This document shows, piece by piece, positions 54,558 through 63,740 of a stretch of 64,000 nucleotides of DNA. The stretch is from positions 160,001 through 224,000 of the forward strand of contig CAVPLU010000004.1 of assembly GCA_963706285.1 (NCBI GenBank), written 5' to 3'. Position 1 is the stretch's first letter, and each line of letters starts with the position of its first letter. The DNA comes from Candidatus Bathyarchaeota archaeon (GTDB lineage: Archaea > Thermoproteota > Bathyarchaeia > 40CM-2-53-6). The notes beneath the pieces were generated by a model. The model was not told where the DNA came from, searched no databases, and saw only the letters and a program-made list of their open reading frames with translations. The position numbers and the translations under genes are program-made.

Positions 54558-56194
54558 CCTACTCCGCCTCCGCTTGCGCACGCACACGCACATGAGACAC
54601 ATGCACAGACGCAGGCGCATGATACACATGCACAGGCGCAATTCGCCCCATGATGAACGGGGTCTCTGGAAAGTTGCTTAGGTGGCGGTGCAGGCAGGAT
54701 TGAATTCGTGAACTTCTCTAGACTCGCCACGAAATTGTTAGCAGTCTTCTCTATTGAAGTCGCAATATTGTTCGCAAACTCAGCTCCCGGAATCGTAGGC
54801 GGCGGATGTCCCACGCTCGCAACTGGGTCATAGGTGGGGTTAGGGTTGTATTGCGAGTAGCCGTACCAGTACCACCACCAGAACGGCATGGGTTGAAAAT
54901 CGAATCCCTTGAAGGCGTTTTCACTTCTTCCTTTGAAGTTGTTGTCAAGCATGAGCCAGAGTAGATTCTCATCGAACATCTTCGATGCCGCGTCGGCTGT
55001 TCCGGCTTTCTCAACTTGACCCCAGGCTTCCTCAGCGGTCTTCTTGTAGAATGCAATCGTGTCCTCTCTGCAGTATCCTGTCATTGTGTTCTCAACGGCA
55101 GTTCTAACTCGCATGAATGCCTCCGCAAGCGTTTTCTCATCTAGCCTCCCGCCGGGCTGGATGGCTCTCAGGAAGTCCTTTTCATAGTATCTCAGAGGCG
55201 TTTCAGTCGGTGGCGCTGGGTCTTTGAATCCCTCAGAGATCTGCAGTTTCAAGCTTGGCTGGGTCGAATTCACCCACACCACGTGCTTCAGTAGGAGCCC
55301 ATAGAGCATCATGACGACAACTCTAGCGGGTGCAACCCCGAGCAGGTAGGATGCCTCAACGGCGGTGAAACCGCGTCTGATACCAAGGGTCTCCATTTTC
55401 ATCTTCGGGGCGAGATAGTCACGCCGAACTCGTCTCACTGCAACAACTATGATGCCGATGACAACAACAAACAAGAAGGTGGATATGACGACGATATTCT
55501 CCGAGATGACACCTGCTTGCTTTGTCGTTTCGTAATGCTCGACGGCTGTTGCGGGAAATGAGACGCCGACCTGAAACTTCGTGCTGGGAGCAACATCTTT
55601 TCTCTCCCAGTAGACGACTAACCGTCCTCCTTCGTTCGGATCTGTAAAGGCATTATCCCAGTCTGGTGTCACTCTGATCTGGTCCTGCGAGACCCCTGCC
55701 GGAAGCACCACCAGAACCCTGAGATCGCTGATCCCAACACTCCATGAAGTTGGGATAAACTGCAGTCCAACGTTGCCCGGGTTCATTTCATCTTTCCAGA
55801 TCATATGGCCAACGTTAGTGGTCGCGGTGAATTCGGCGCTTTGGCCATCAGTTATTGGTTCATACAAGTACACTCTCACCTTGTAATCCGACCCTTGAGT
55901 CGCGTCCTCAAACGTGAGCACATGGCCGGCGGCATCAACTGCTTCACCAAGCTTGAAGTCGCCGATCGGCTGGTCGAAGTACACATAGCTGATGCGGCCT
56001 TGGTCGCAGACAATCCGTACCGTATATTGTAGATCAATGGTCCCGTCCGTGTTGACCCAGATCTTCACCCATTGTTTCTCCAAATGATACTGAACGTCCG
56101 CGGCCCAACCGATCTGCAGACAAATGGTGCCTGCGAACAGTGTCAAGAGTAGAAGTACAGGGATAACCGCGAGAGCTTTTCGTCGCTTCACCAT
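54554..56194 (-). CDS. DUF2207-like membrane protein ending in a 10-Cys tail (CACACVSCACVCACVSCACAC-ASGGGVG)
   Basis: Signal peptide, VNTDGTIDLQY ectodomain, TM followed by RRVRR, Trp/Tyr-rich patch, Cys tract at 54578-54640. Confidence 0.8.
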   Translation of the reverse strand: MVKRRKALAVIPVLLLLTLFAGTICLQIGWAADVQYHLEKQWVKIWVNTDGTIDLQYTVRIVCDQGRISYVYFDQPIGDFKLGEAVDAAGHVLTFEDATQGSDYKVRVYLYEPITDGQSAEFTATTNVGHMIWKDEMNPGNVGLQFIPTSWSVGISDLRVLVVLPAGVSQDQIRVTPDWDNAFTDPNEGGRLVVYWERKDVAPSTKFQVGVSFPATAVEHYETTKQAGVISENIVVISTFLFVVVIGIIVVAVRRVRRDYLAPKMKMETLGIRRGFTAVEASYLLGVAPARVVVMMLYGLLLKHVVWVNSTQPSLKLQISEGFKDPAPPTETPLRYYEKDFLRAIQPGGRLDEKTLAEAFMRVRTAVENTMTGYCREDTIAFYKKTAEEAWGQVEKAGTADAASKMFDENLLWLMLDNNFKGRSENAFKGFDFQPMPFWWWYWYGYSQYNPNPTYDPVASVGHPPPTIPGAEFANNIATSIEKTANNFVASLEKFTNSILPAPPPKQLSRDPVHHGANCACACVSCACVCACVSCACACASGGGVG

Positions 56195-56544
56195 TTGGGC
56201 TCCTCTGCGATCTCGAACTCGTTGCCACAGTAGGAGCATTTGATGGTCGGGGCGCCTTGCTTCAGTTGCATCTTAGACGGATCTAGACTGGCGCCACAGT
56301 TGGGACACTTTATCGAATCGACTTTGAGACTGCCAGGCATCTGAAGTTCGTACTTGATTGGAACTTGACTCACTCCTGCTCTCCAAGTAAGGAACGCGAT
56401 TGCGAGCCCGGCCGCGACTAGGATGGTGCCCACAAGAAGCCGCGAAACCGCGTAGACAGACGCCAATAAGAAGATGATGCCCAAGAATGTGAGAGCCGCA
56501 GACACGAGATATCCTAATACTTTCCTAAAACCCACGCGACTCAA
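56188..56544 (-). CDS. Two-TM protein with C-terminal zinc ribbon
   Basis: Two hydrophobic helices, KCPNCGASL..KCSYCG, EEPKW end overlapping the next start. Confidence 0.75.
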   Translation of the reverse strand: MSRVGFRKVLGYLVSAALTFLGIIFLLASVYAVSRLLVGTILVAAGLAIAFLTWRAGVSQVPIKYELQMPGSLKVDSIKCPNCGASLDPSKMQLKQGAPTIKCSYCGNEFEIAEEPKW

Positions 56545-56669
56545 CCTCAAGGCAGTTGCAGGCAAGTCACCGTTGTAGCCTGATAAGCCCACCTGATGAC
56601 CAGATTTCACTCGTTGAAGCGTTCATACTGGCGATCTAGCGTCTTGATCGTTGGATTCATAGAGACGTT

Positions 56670-58052
56670 CTAGTATACGAATGGGACACCCAGATCCTGA
56701 AGTTCTCGCTTCACGGTTCTGTATAGCTCAGCATATTCCTTCGTGGGTGTCGCTTTCTTGACATCGTAGCATTCCTGAAACGTCTTTCCCAGCGGGGCTT
56801 CCGGAACCTGATTCTCGTATCTTGACACGATCTTCTTGATGAGCTCGTTTGCTTCTGCTCTTTTGATGCCTGATTCTGCTGCGCCGCATCCGATTTCGCA
56901 GGCCATCTTGGCCTCCATTGGCGTGGCTCTGTTCTTGTACTTGTTTCTGGCAACTGCGATCTCCCAGAGATTCGCGCCCGAGACAACGCTCGTCAGGCCG
57001 TGTGCTGCGGCCTCGTAGAGAACCATTGGAGTGCAAGGTCCTGCGGCTGCGAATCCGTTTGAGAGGGAGATCAGAGGGGTATTCCTCGCCAGCGCTTGGT
57101 AGACGAGGCTTATGCCCCAGAGAAGTTCGCTTGTAGTGTTGTGCATCTGTTTGATGTGGAATGGGAAGTAGTTGAGATAGTGAGCTTGGTTGACCATTAG
57201 TCCTTGAATGTGGTAGGCCATTCCTACAAGGGCGGTGCCTTCGGGGCCGCCGCAGTATCCGCCGAGCATAGGGCCAGTAAGCGCTCCCACGAACGAACCG
57301 TATTGATGGAAATGAACCATTTTGCTAAGCAATGAGTAGTCGACTTTCAGCTCTGATATTGAGGCTACGAATCTGCCGTCGGTTAGTCTCTCTCCCCACA
57401 TTGGGTTGCTAGCTGCGATCTGAGCTGCGTCTGATTGTGCTGTTCCAACGCCTTGCAGGAAGATCCCCGGTCTGCCAACTCTTCTTGCTGCTTCTCTGAA
57501 CATCATGGCGTGTGCAATTGCACCTTTTGTCTCGTATGGTGCGCCTGTCTTGATGCTTCTTCCCTCAACTTCTTCCAAGATTGGGGCGCATACACCATCT
57601 GCGAGCGGCTCCTGCAGGTAAGCCATCGACATTGGAATGAAGAGCTCTTCATCGCAAGTTATGTCAGGACTGAACAGACAGAATGGTCGTCTTGAGTCCT
57701 CTATCTTCCTGTGGCACATTTCTTTGGAGTCTTTCCCATATCCCACTGCGTATTGTCCCGGGAAGTTCCGCATAGCTTCCCGAATTTCGTTCTCATCAAA
57801 CAGCATTCTTCTATGCGTGCTTGTGCAGAGAGTTCCAACCTTTAGATAGAAATCGAGTGCGGCTTTCCAGAGATCATCTGCCAAGGAGTCGTCTGATGGA
57901 ATGGGGTTTTCCGGATCGAATTTGATCTCGTACTGCTTGATCGTGTCCTTGATGTTCGGAGCCAGGATTTTCAGGTCAAAGTCTCTTTCCAGGCAGATCG
58001 GGCCGTTTTCGGCTCGGTCAAGCACTTCGTTTATCCGCCAAGGTGGGGTCAT
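56670..58052 (-). CDS. mtmB: Monomethylamine:corrinoid methyltransferase (MtmB) homolog lacking pyrrolysine
   Basis: RAENGP, GRPGIFLQG, SELKVD, GGYCGGPEG, AGPCTPMVLYE, GKTFQECYDV..PTKEY. Confidence 0.88.
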   Translation of the reverse strand: MTPPWRINEVLDRAENGPICLERDFDLKILAPNIKDTIKQYEIKFDPENPIPSDDSLADDLWKAALDFYLKVGTLCTSTHRRMLFDENEIREAMRNFPGQYAVGYGKDSKEMCHRKIEDSRRPFCLFSPDITCDEELFIPMSMAYLQEPLADGVCAPILEEVEGRSIKTGAPYETKGAIAHAMMFREAARRVGRPGIFLQGVGTAQSDAAQIAASNPMWGERLTDGRFVASISELKVDYSLLSKMVHFHQYGSFVGALTGPMLGGYCGGPEGTALVGMAYHIQGLMVNQAHYLNYFPFHIKQMHNTTSELLWGISLVYQALARNTPLISLSNGFAAAGPCTPMVLYEAAAHGLTSVVSGANLWEIAVARNKYKNRATPMEAKMACEIGCGAAESGIKRAEANELIKKIVSRYENQVPEAPLGKTFQECYDVKKATPTKEYAELYRTVKRELQDLGVPFVY

Positions 58053-58056
58053 TGAA

Positions 58057-58731
58057 TCATCTTTCCTTGACGAGTTTCTGAGCCAGCTCGACTCCCTGCT
58101 CTGCTGTTTCCGCCCAACCGTCTGCTCCGATTTGTTCAGCCCATTCGTTTGTTGTAGGTGCGCCTCCGATAATGACTAAGAGCTTCTTCCGCAATCCCAT
58201 TTCGTTGAGAAGGTCCATCACTTCCTTCTGTGCAGGTTTTGTGGTCGTCATCAGCGCGGACAGCGCCATAATGTCAGCCTGCACTTCCTTAGCTCGTTCG
58301 ATAAACTTCAGGGACTCCACATCTTTCCCGATGTCGTGAGTGTCAAAACCGTTCACTTCCAGAAGCAATGCAACTATGTTCTTTCCGATATCGTGAATGT
58401 CACCTGACACAGTGCCCACTACAATTCTGCCGATGCTGCCAGCCATCATCTTTCCTTTGCTTCCTTCTTTCATACCGCTGACGAGAACGTGCGAGGCAGC
58501 CCTCATGGCGTCAGCAGCAGACATGAGATCGGTTAGGAAGTACTCCCCCCTTTCGAACTTCTCTCCTACGGATTTGATTGCCGGAAAGAGGTCCTCTTCC
58601 AACACACGCATAGGATCCAAACCGGCATTCAAAATTTCGTGCGCGGTTTTCTCAGCGTCCTGCTCGCGACCACTGATGATGAATTCCTTGAGTTTCTCAA
58701 CCAGATTGTCAGAACTCAATCGCGTTTCCAA
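58057..58731 (-). CDS. Corrinoid (B12-binding) protein, MtmC/MtbC-like
   Basis: GTVSGDIHDIGKNIV, LSALMTTT, IIGGAP, IGADGWAE. Confidence 0.93.
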   Translation of the reverse strand: METRLSSDNLVEKLKEFIISGREQDAEKTAHEILNAGLDPMRVLEEDLFPAIKSVGEKFERGEYFLTDLMSAADAMRAASHVLVSGMKEGSKGKMMAGSIGRIVVGTVSGDIHDIGKNIVALLLEVNGFDTHDIGKDVESLKFIERAKEVQADIMALSALMTTTKPAQKEVMDLLNEMGLRKKLLVIIGGAPTTNEWAEQIGADGWAETAEQGVELAQKLVKER

Positions 58732-58795
58732 CTTTTCTTGATTACGCTCTTCTACGCGCTATAACGCTTGCCCAGATGATTGAGTGCATATCTCG

Positions 58796-59827
58796 TCAAA
58801 TGCGGGATACGTTCGACGTGAAGTGTTCCCACCCACGAGATTCAACGGGGATCCGCTTTCCTTCTCTTAGAAGAGTCACATTTCCCACGTCGCGCGTAAC
58901 GCGCCCGATCGCATGCAGAGACTTGACCGCACGCATAGCCCTCTTCGTTTGGTTCTTCTTTAGGCATACAACGAGTTCGAATTCTTCTCCTCCATACAGC
59001 GCGAGATCCGTTGGGTCTATCCCTGCAATCCGAGCATATTCTGAAGCCGCTTCTGAAATAGGCACGTAATCGAGCTCGATGCCCACCGAGCTTGCACGCG
59101 CAATCTCATGGAGACTCCAACCCAGCCCGTCGCTGGAATCCATCGAGGCTGTTAAGACTCGAGCGTGAACCAGGGCGAGGCCCTCCTTGAGTCGTGCTTT
59201 CGGAAAGTACACGCTTGCAAGTAGTGTCTCCTTCAACGAGGATGGGATTTCCGTTTCGGCACTGAGTGCCTCTAGGCCAGCTAGAGTGTTCCCGAATTCT
59301 CCCGTCACCGCTACCACATCTCCAGGCTTTGCACCGTTCCTTTGAACCATCAGACGTCGTTCAGCGGTCCCGAACAAGTAGCAGCCGATTACGAGGTCGT
59401 CGCATTCGTTCGTATCGCCTCCGATAACATACGTGTCGTACTCCCTCGCTCCTTCGTCAAGTCCTTTCGCGATTTCTTCAACATCTCGTGAAGTACATGT
59501 ACGTGGAAGGCCGAGGGATACCATTACGGCACGAGGCTGCACTCCTTTCGACGCCAGATCGCTAACGTTCATTACGACAGCTTTTCTCGCTGCTTGTCGA
59601 AGGGTCATGCCTTTTGGAACATCTGTTCTTCCAACCAGCATATCGCATTTCAGAACGGCTAGCCTGCCCCCTCCAATCGCTACTCCGGAAACATCGTCTC
59701 CGAACGGTATGGGCATGCGAGGCATCTTGTCTAGTCTACTTACAATCAGACCAATGATCTTACGTTCCCCAAGCATAGGATCTCCAACCGTCTTCAAGGC
59801 ATTCCTAGCCACAGAATCGTTGTCCAT
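58796..59827 (-). CDS. thiL: Thiamine-monophosphate kinase
   Basis: GERKII, FGDD, NVSDLASKG, IGGDT, MDSSDGL, GGEEFEL, GWEHF. Confidence 0.95.
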   Translation of the reverse strand: MDNDSVARNALKTVGDPMLGERKIIGLIVSRLDKMPRMPIPFGDDVSGVAIGGGRLAVLKCDMLVGRTDVPKGMTLRQAARKAVVMNVSDLASKGVQPRAVMVSLGLPRTCTSRDVEEIAKGLDEGAREYDTYVIGGDTNECDDLVIGCYLFGTAERRLMVQRNGAKPGDVVAVTGEFGNTLAGLEALSAETEIPSSLKETLLASVYFPKARLKEGLALVHARVLTASMDSSDGLGWSLHEIARASSVGIELDYVPISEAASEYARIAGIDPTDLALYGGEEFELVVCLKKNQTKRAMRAVKSLHAIGRVTRDVGNVTLLREGKRIPVESRGWEHFTSNVSRI

Positions 59828-60064
59828 GATCTTGAATGCTTGGATTCACCAAGCCTCATCTTCCGACCGATTGGCAGAGAAGTCCTTGTATGGCGCTTCG
59901 TACTGGAATTGGTCCCCTACATTCGATTTGCATTTCTGAAGACGCTGCCATGTTGACTTGCTCAACGAGTTCAGAAGTCGCAATCACGCATCTGGTGCGC
60001 CTTCCCAACATGTTTATCTAGTATTTGCCTTGTCATCGCCCGCAAAGATTCAGAGCGATTGCTT

Positions 60065-60340
60065 ATGCCCAACGAAATTCATTGTGCTCATATTCTTGTG
60101 AAGACCGAAAAAGAAGCGCAAGCGGTCATTGAGAGGCTGGAAAGAGGCGAGAAATTCGCAAATATCGCCAGTGAGATCTCACTTTGCCCTTCGGGAAAGC
60201 GCGGTGGAGACCTTGGCACTTTCGGCAGAGGAAGAATGGTTAGGGAATTCGAAGAGGCCGCGTTCGCTCTTCAGAAAGGACAACTCTCCCCCATCGTGAA
60301 AACAGAATTCGGGTACCACATATTACGCAGGCTTGAATAG
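60065..60340 (+). CDS. Parvulin-type peptidyl-prolyl isomerase
   Basis: CAHILVK, SLCPSGKRGGDLG, FEEAAF, TEFGYHI. Confidence 0.95.
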   Translation: MPNEIHCAHILVKTEKEAQAVIERLERGEKFANIASEISLCPSGKRGGDLGTFGRGRMVREFEEAAFALQKGQLSPIVKTEFGYHILRRLE

Positions 60341-60522
60341 ATCGAACGATTGGCCGAGTGCAGAATTAGGTCCGGGCTTTCTTTCAGAACTTTGTCTTCT
60401 CCTCCGCATACAAATCGCGAGGAGGCAGGAGTAGCCATCCGCTGATGGCAACTCTAAGCCTGAGCGTGGGCAATCTGACAAACATCGTTGAGTAATCGTA
60501 GGAACCGAAGTGGTGGTGGAGA

Positions 60523-60635
60523 TGGAGCCTCGGGCGGGCTTCGATCCCGCGACCTTCCGCTTTCTCGAGTCGTCTTTACAAGGCGGATGCTTTCCAGCTC
60601 AGGAAGCTGAGACTACCAGGCTGAGCCACCGAGGC
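60523..60635 (-). tRNA. tRNA-Thr(TGT) with introns at 22/23 (60592-60612) and 37/38 (60562-60576)
   Basis: GCCTCGG/CCGAGGC-T-CCA; anticodon stem TCCGC/GCGGA; BHB helix CTTG/CGAG; T-loop ATCGAAG. Confidence 0.88.
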
Positions 60636-60857
60636 TTCTACACACCTAGCGACAGTTCCTTAAAGTGACTTCTGTCGAGGATGATTCGAGCAAAAGATCC
60701 GAAATAAAGCAGAGCCGGAATGAAGAATGGAGCAGACATAGTGGTGCACATATGCGTCGGGAGTGAATGTTCTTGATTGAGAACTCTGATTGCGATGCCA
60801 GTCGGGTGCTCTCGCGTTATCCCTAGAGCGTCAACCGAGCGTGCGCCATATGTTGTG

Positions 60858-62093
60858 CTATTCGGATTTCTGCCTGCGAGCGGCCTCAACGAGCGCCCTG
60901 ACACCCGGTAGCTCCTCTCCTGCAAGGAATGTCAGCATCGCTCCTCCAGCCGTGCTCACGTGAGAAATACGCTTTTCCAGCCCGAGCACATTCGCGTAGC
61001 TTCCCATGTGTCCGCCACCAACAACTGAGTAGGCACCTTGCGCTGCCATCGCTTCAAGCGCAGTCTTGCTTCCAAGTTCGAAGCCCTTTTCCTCAAAGAC
61101 TCCTAGGGGGCCGCTTGAGACGACTGTCTTCGATCCTTTGATGATCTCCGCGTACTGACGGGATGTTTCTATTCCGATGTCACGAACCGCATCACCCTTT
61201 GTTCCCTGACCAACCGGAACGTCAACACGTTTGCCATCTCGTGAGAGAGCGAGGTCTTTCGGCAGAACAACCTTGTCCTTGTAGTCACTCAGAATTGCTC
61301 GTGCTTTGTCAAGCAGCGCTGGGGACTTCTCCAGTCCGCGATTTCCAGCGCCTCCGAAATCGATCCCTGATGCTCTGAGGAAGACGTTCGCTACTAATCC
61401 ACCAACTAAGACCTTGTCAGCTTTTCCGGTCTTGAGGATATTCTCAATTATCGGAAGCTTGTCTTCGACCTTTGCGCCCCCAATAACGTAGACACTCGGT
61501 CTCTGCGGACTATGATAGGCCTGTTTGAGAGCCTCCAATTCCTTGGCCATGAGCCTACCCGCTACTGCCTGAACCACCCGCGGGAGCCCAACGATCGATG
61601 CTTGAGTCCGGTGTGCGGTGGCGAAAGCGTCGTTCACATACACGTCAAGCAACGGCGCCAGCCGGCGGACCATAATGGTATCAGCAAGCTTGTCTGGTGC
61701 GGCCGAGATGTTCTCTTCGGAGCAGAGACGTAGGTTGTCGAGTACTAGTATCTCTCCGATCTTCAGATTCCTGATTTGCTGTCTCGCCTCCGGGCCTATT
61801 GTGTCCTCTACGAACCTGACGTGTTGTCCTACGTGTTTCTGCAGGAGTCTGGAGTGAGCTTCGAGTGAGGTGAAGTCCTCGTCCCCAGGTCGGCCTTGGT
61901 GAGATCCCATGACAACTCTTGCGTCCTTCAAGAACTCGAGCGTGTGACGCGCCATCCTGATGCGTGTGTCGTCAATGATCTGCTTGGTTGTAGGATCGAG
62001 TGGGGAGTTGATGTCTACCCTAACAAATACGGTCTTTCCTTTGGTTACAACATCGTCGAGTGTGAGAAAGCGAAAGTCGGAATCAGTGCTCAA
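60858..62093 (-). CDS. pgk: Phosphoglycerate kinase
   Basis: RVDINSP, SHQGRPG, YVNDAFATAHR, GGAKV, GPLGVFE, STAGGA. Confidence 0.96.
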   Translation of the reverse strand: MSTDSDFRFLTLDDVVTKGKTVFVRVDINSPLDPTTKQIIDDTRIRMARHTLEFLKDARVVMGSHQGRPGDEDFTSLEAHSRLLQKHVGQHVRFVEDTIGPEARQQIRNLKIGEILVLDNLRLCSEENISAAPDKLADTIMVRRLAPLLDVYVNDAFATAHRTQASIVGLPRVVQAVAGRLMAKELEALKQAYHSPQRPSVYVIGGAKVEDKLPIIENILKTGKADKVLVGGLVANVFLRASGIDFGGAGNRGLEKSPALLDKARAILSDYKDKVVLPKDLALSRDGKRVDVPVGQGTKGDAVRDIGIETSRQYAEIIKGSKTVVSSGPLGVFEEKGFELGSKTALEAMAAQGAYSVVGGGHMGSYANVLGLEKRISHVSTAGGAMLTFLAGEELPGVRALVEAARRQKSE

Positions 62094-62229
62094 TTTCTGA
62101 TCCCACTACTCATTGCCTGAACGCTCCTAACGTTGCCTTAAGTCTGTCGCACGACCGATCGTTCTGTGAGCACCAATTTGCCCCATCGGGCAAGGCTTAA
62201 TGTACGGAATGGCTCACCGTATCAGCGCC

Positions 62230-62340
62230 GCCGGGGTGGCTCAGCTGGTAGAGCGCCAGCAAGGGCCGGATTGGCGAGACTCATAATCTGGAGAGCATAG
62301 GGCCCAGAAGTCGGGGGTTCGATACCCCCTCCCGGCACCA
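62230..62340 (+). tRNA. tRNA-Met(CAT), probably elongator, with introns at 30/31 (62260-62278) and 45/46 (62294-62309)
   Basis: GCCGGGG/TCCCGGC-A-CCA; spliced anticodon arm CCAGA-CT-CAT-AA-TCTGG; BHB helices CGCC/GGCG and CTGG/CCAG. Confidence 0.88.
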
Positions 62341-62393
62341 TTTGCACTAACCGGATAAAACGCAGGCACCTCCGGGTAGATCAGGCACAGAGG

Positions 62394-63092
62394 CTATTTG
62401 GATTCGAGTACCTTGACTCCTCCATCAATCAGGCCGATGTACACACGATCTGTCAAGTCCAAAAAGAGACCTGTCTCTACAAGGCCTGGAATCGATTTCA
62501 GCTGACCATCTAGCAGGTGGGCATCCTTTATCGGGCCAAAATCCACATCAATCACAAAGTTGCCGTTGTCTGTTGTAATCGGGTTGGATCCTTTGCTGCA
62601 CCTTAGCTCCGGCTTGCCGCCCAGTTCAGCGAGCCTTTTCGTGACGAGCCTATGTGCGAAGGGTATCACTTCTACCGGGAGCACCTGGCCGCTACCCAAC
62701 GTGTGAGTCAGTTTCCTCTCGTCAACAATCACTATCAGCCTCTTTGCGGCCGAGTCTACGATCTTCTCTCTCGTCAACGCGGCGCCTCTGCCTTTGATGA
62801 GATTCAACGTTTGTGATTCCACTTGGTCAGCTCCGTCCAGTGCAAGATCGATCTGGCTGACATCGTTGGGGCTCACAAACGTGAGGCCAGCCTTGGTGAT
62901 TGCTTCTTCGATCTGACGAGATGTTGGTACAAGTGTCAGTTCAAGCTCCGTGTTCTTGATCAACTTCGCAAGTTCGGGAACAAGAAGTTCGAGTGTAGTG
63001 CCGCTTCCTATTCCAAGGACGCGTACGTCTTGGATTTCCCCAAGCGCCTTTTCAACCGCTGCTCTTTTCGCCGCCTCGATCCAGCTCAACAA
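62394..63092 (-). CDS. rpiA: Ribose-5-phosphate isomerase A
   Basis: GIGSGTT, DGADQV, IKGRGAALTREK, PVEV, TDNGN, GLVETGLF. Confidence 0.95.
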   Translation of the reverse strand: MLSWIEAAKRAAVEKALGEIQDVRVLGIGSGTTLELLVPELAKLIKNTELELTLVPTSRQIEEAITKAGLTFVSPNDVSQIDLALDGADQVESQTLNLIKGRGAALTREKIVDSAAKRLIVIVDERKLTHTLGSGQVLPVEVIPFAHRLVTKRLAELGGKPELRCSKGSNPITTDNGNFVIDVDFGPIKDAHLLDGQLKSIPGLVETGLFLDLTDRVYIGLIDGGVKVLESK

Positions 63093-63740
63093 CTAGCCCT
63101 CTGATTCGATCTGTTCAAGGCGTTCCATGGCTTTGAGGACTTCTTCCCTAATTGCTTCGATCTTCTTCTCAGTCCTGATCTTGGCATCCCGAAGTCCGCT
63201 TCCCGTTGTCTTCAGATCCAGCTGAGGCGTTGTCTGAGCTGTTTCGATAGGGGTTACTGCTTCATGATCTGCTCTTGATCTCAGGATTGAGAGATTGCGT
63301 AGGCATGGGACCGGAGCGTAGATCTGCGAGCTTCTTGTCTATCTCGGTTAGCTTCTCGCGGAAACTGAGCAAGAGTTCTTTTCTTGCCGACTCCAGGTCA
63401 AATGTGTCCACAATCCGCTGATTGTCTGCAATTCTTGACTCGAGCGCTTTCAAATCCGAGGAATATTTGTCTAGAAGGCGATCGCGCTCGTCGCGGGTTA
63501 TGATCTCTTGTATCTCTGATTCATAGATAGTCGTGAGTGCGGTTCCAATGATCTCACGTTCCAGCTTGAGCACCTTCAGGATCTCACGAGAACGTGACGC
63601 GTCAGGCTCGTTGATTGTGTGTTCAATCTCGGGTTGGACTCTGCCGTCGTCGCCTCTGTAATATTTTGCCTTGGCTTCTTCCTCCAAAAGAGCAGAGACA
63701 CGAGGAAGGGAAGAAGCCGCGACGGCATCAAGCTGGTCAC
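63093..63740 (-). CDS. Coiled-coil hypothetical protein upstream of rpiA; +1 frameshift at ~63273; 5' end uncertain
   Basis: ORF 63262..63687 continues in the +1 frame to KIEAIREEVLKAMERLEQIESEG*, abutting the rpiA start. Confidence 0.55.

Noticed and set aside
54558-54641. N-terminal MRLCMCIMRLRLCMCLMCVC extension of the radical SAM ORF
   Set aside because: Alternate-frame shadow of the upstream gene's Cys tail; the likely start is ATG 54557.
60395-60465. Strong hairpins between the parvulin gene and tRNA-Thr
   Set aside because: No recognisable family or second copy; compatible with 3'-end structure between convergent genes.
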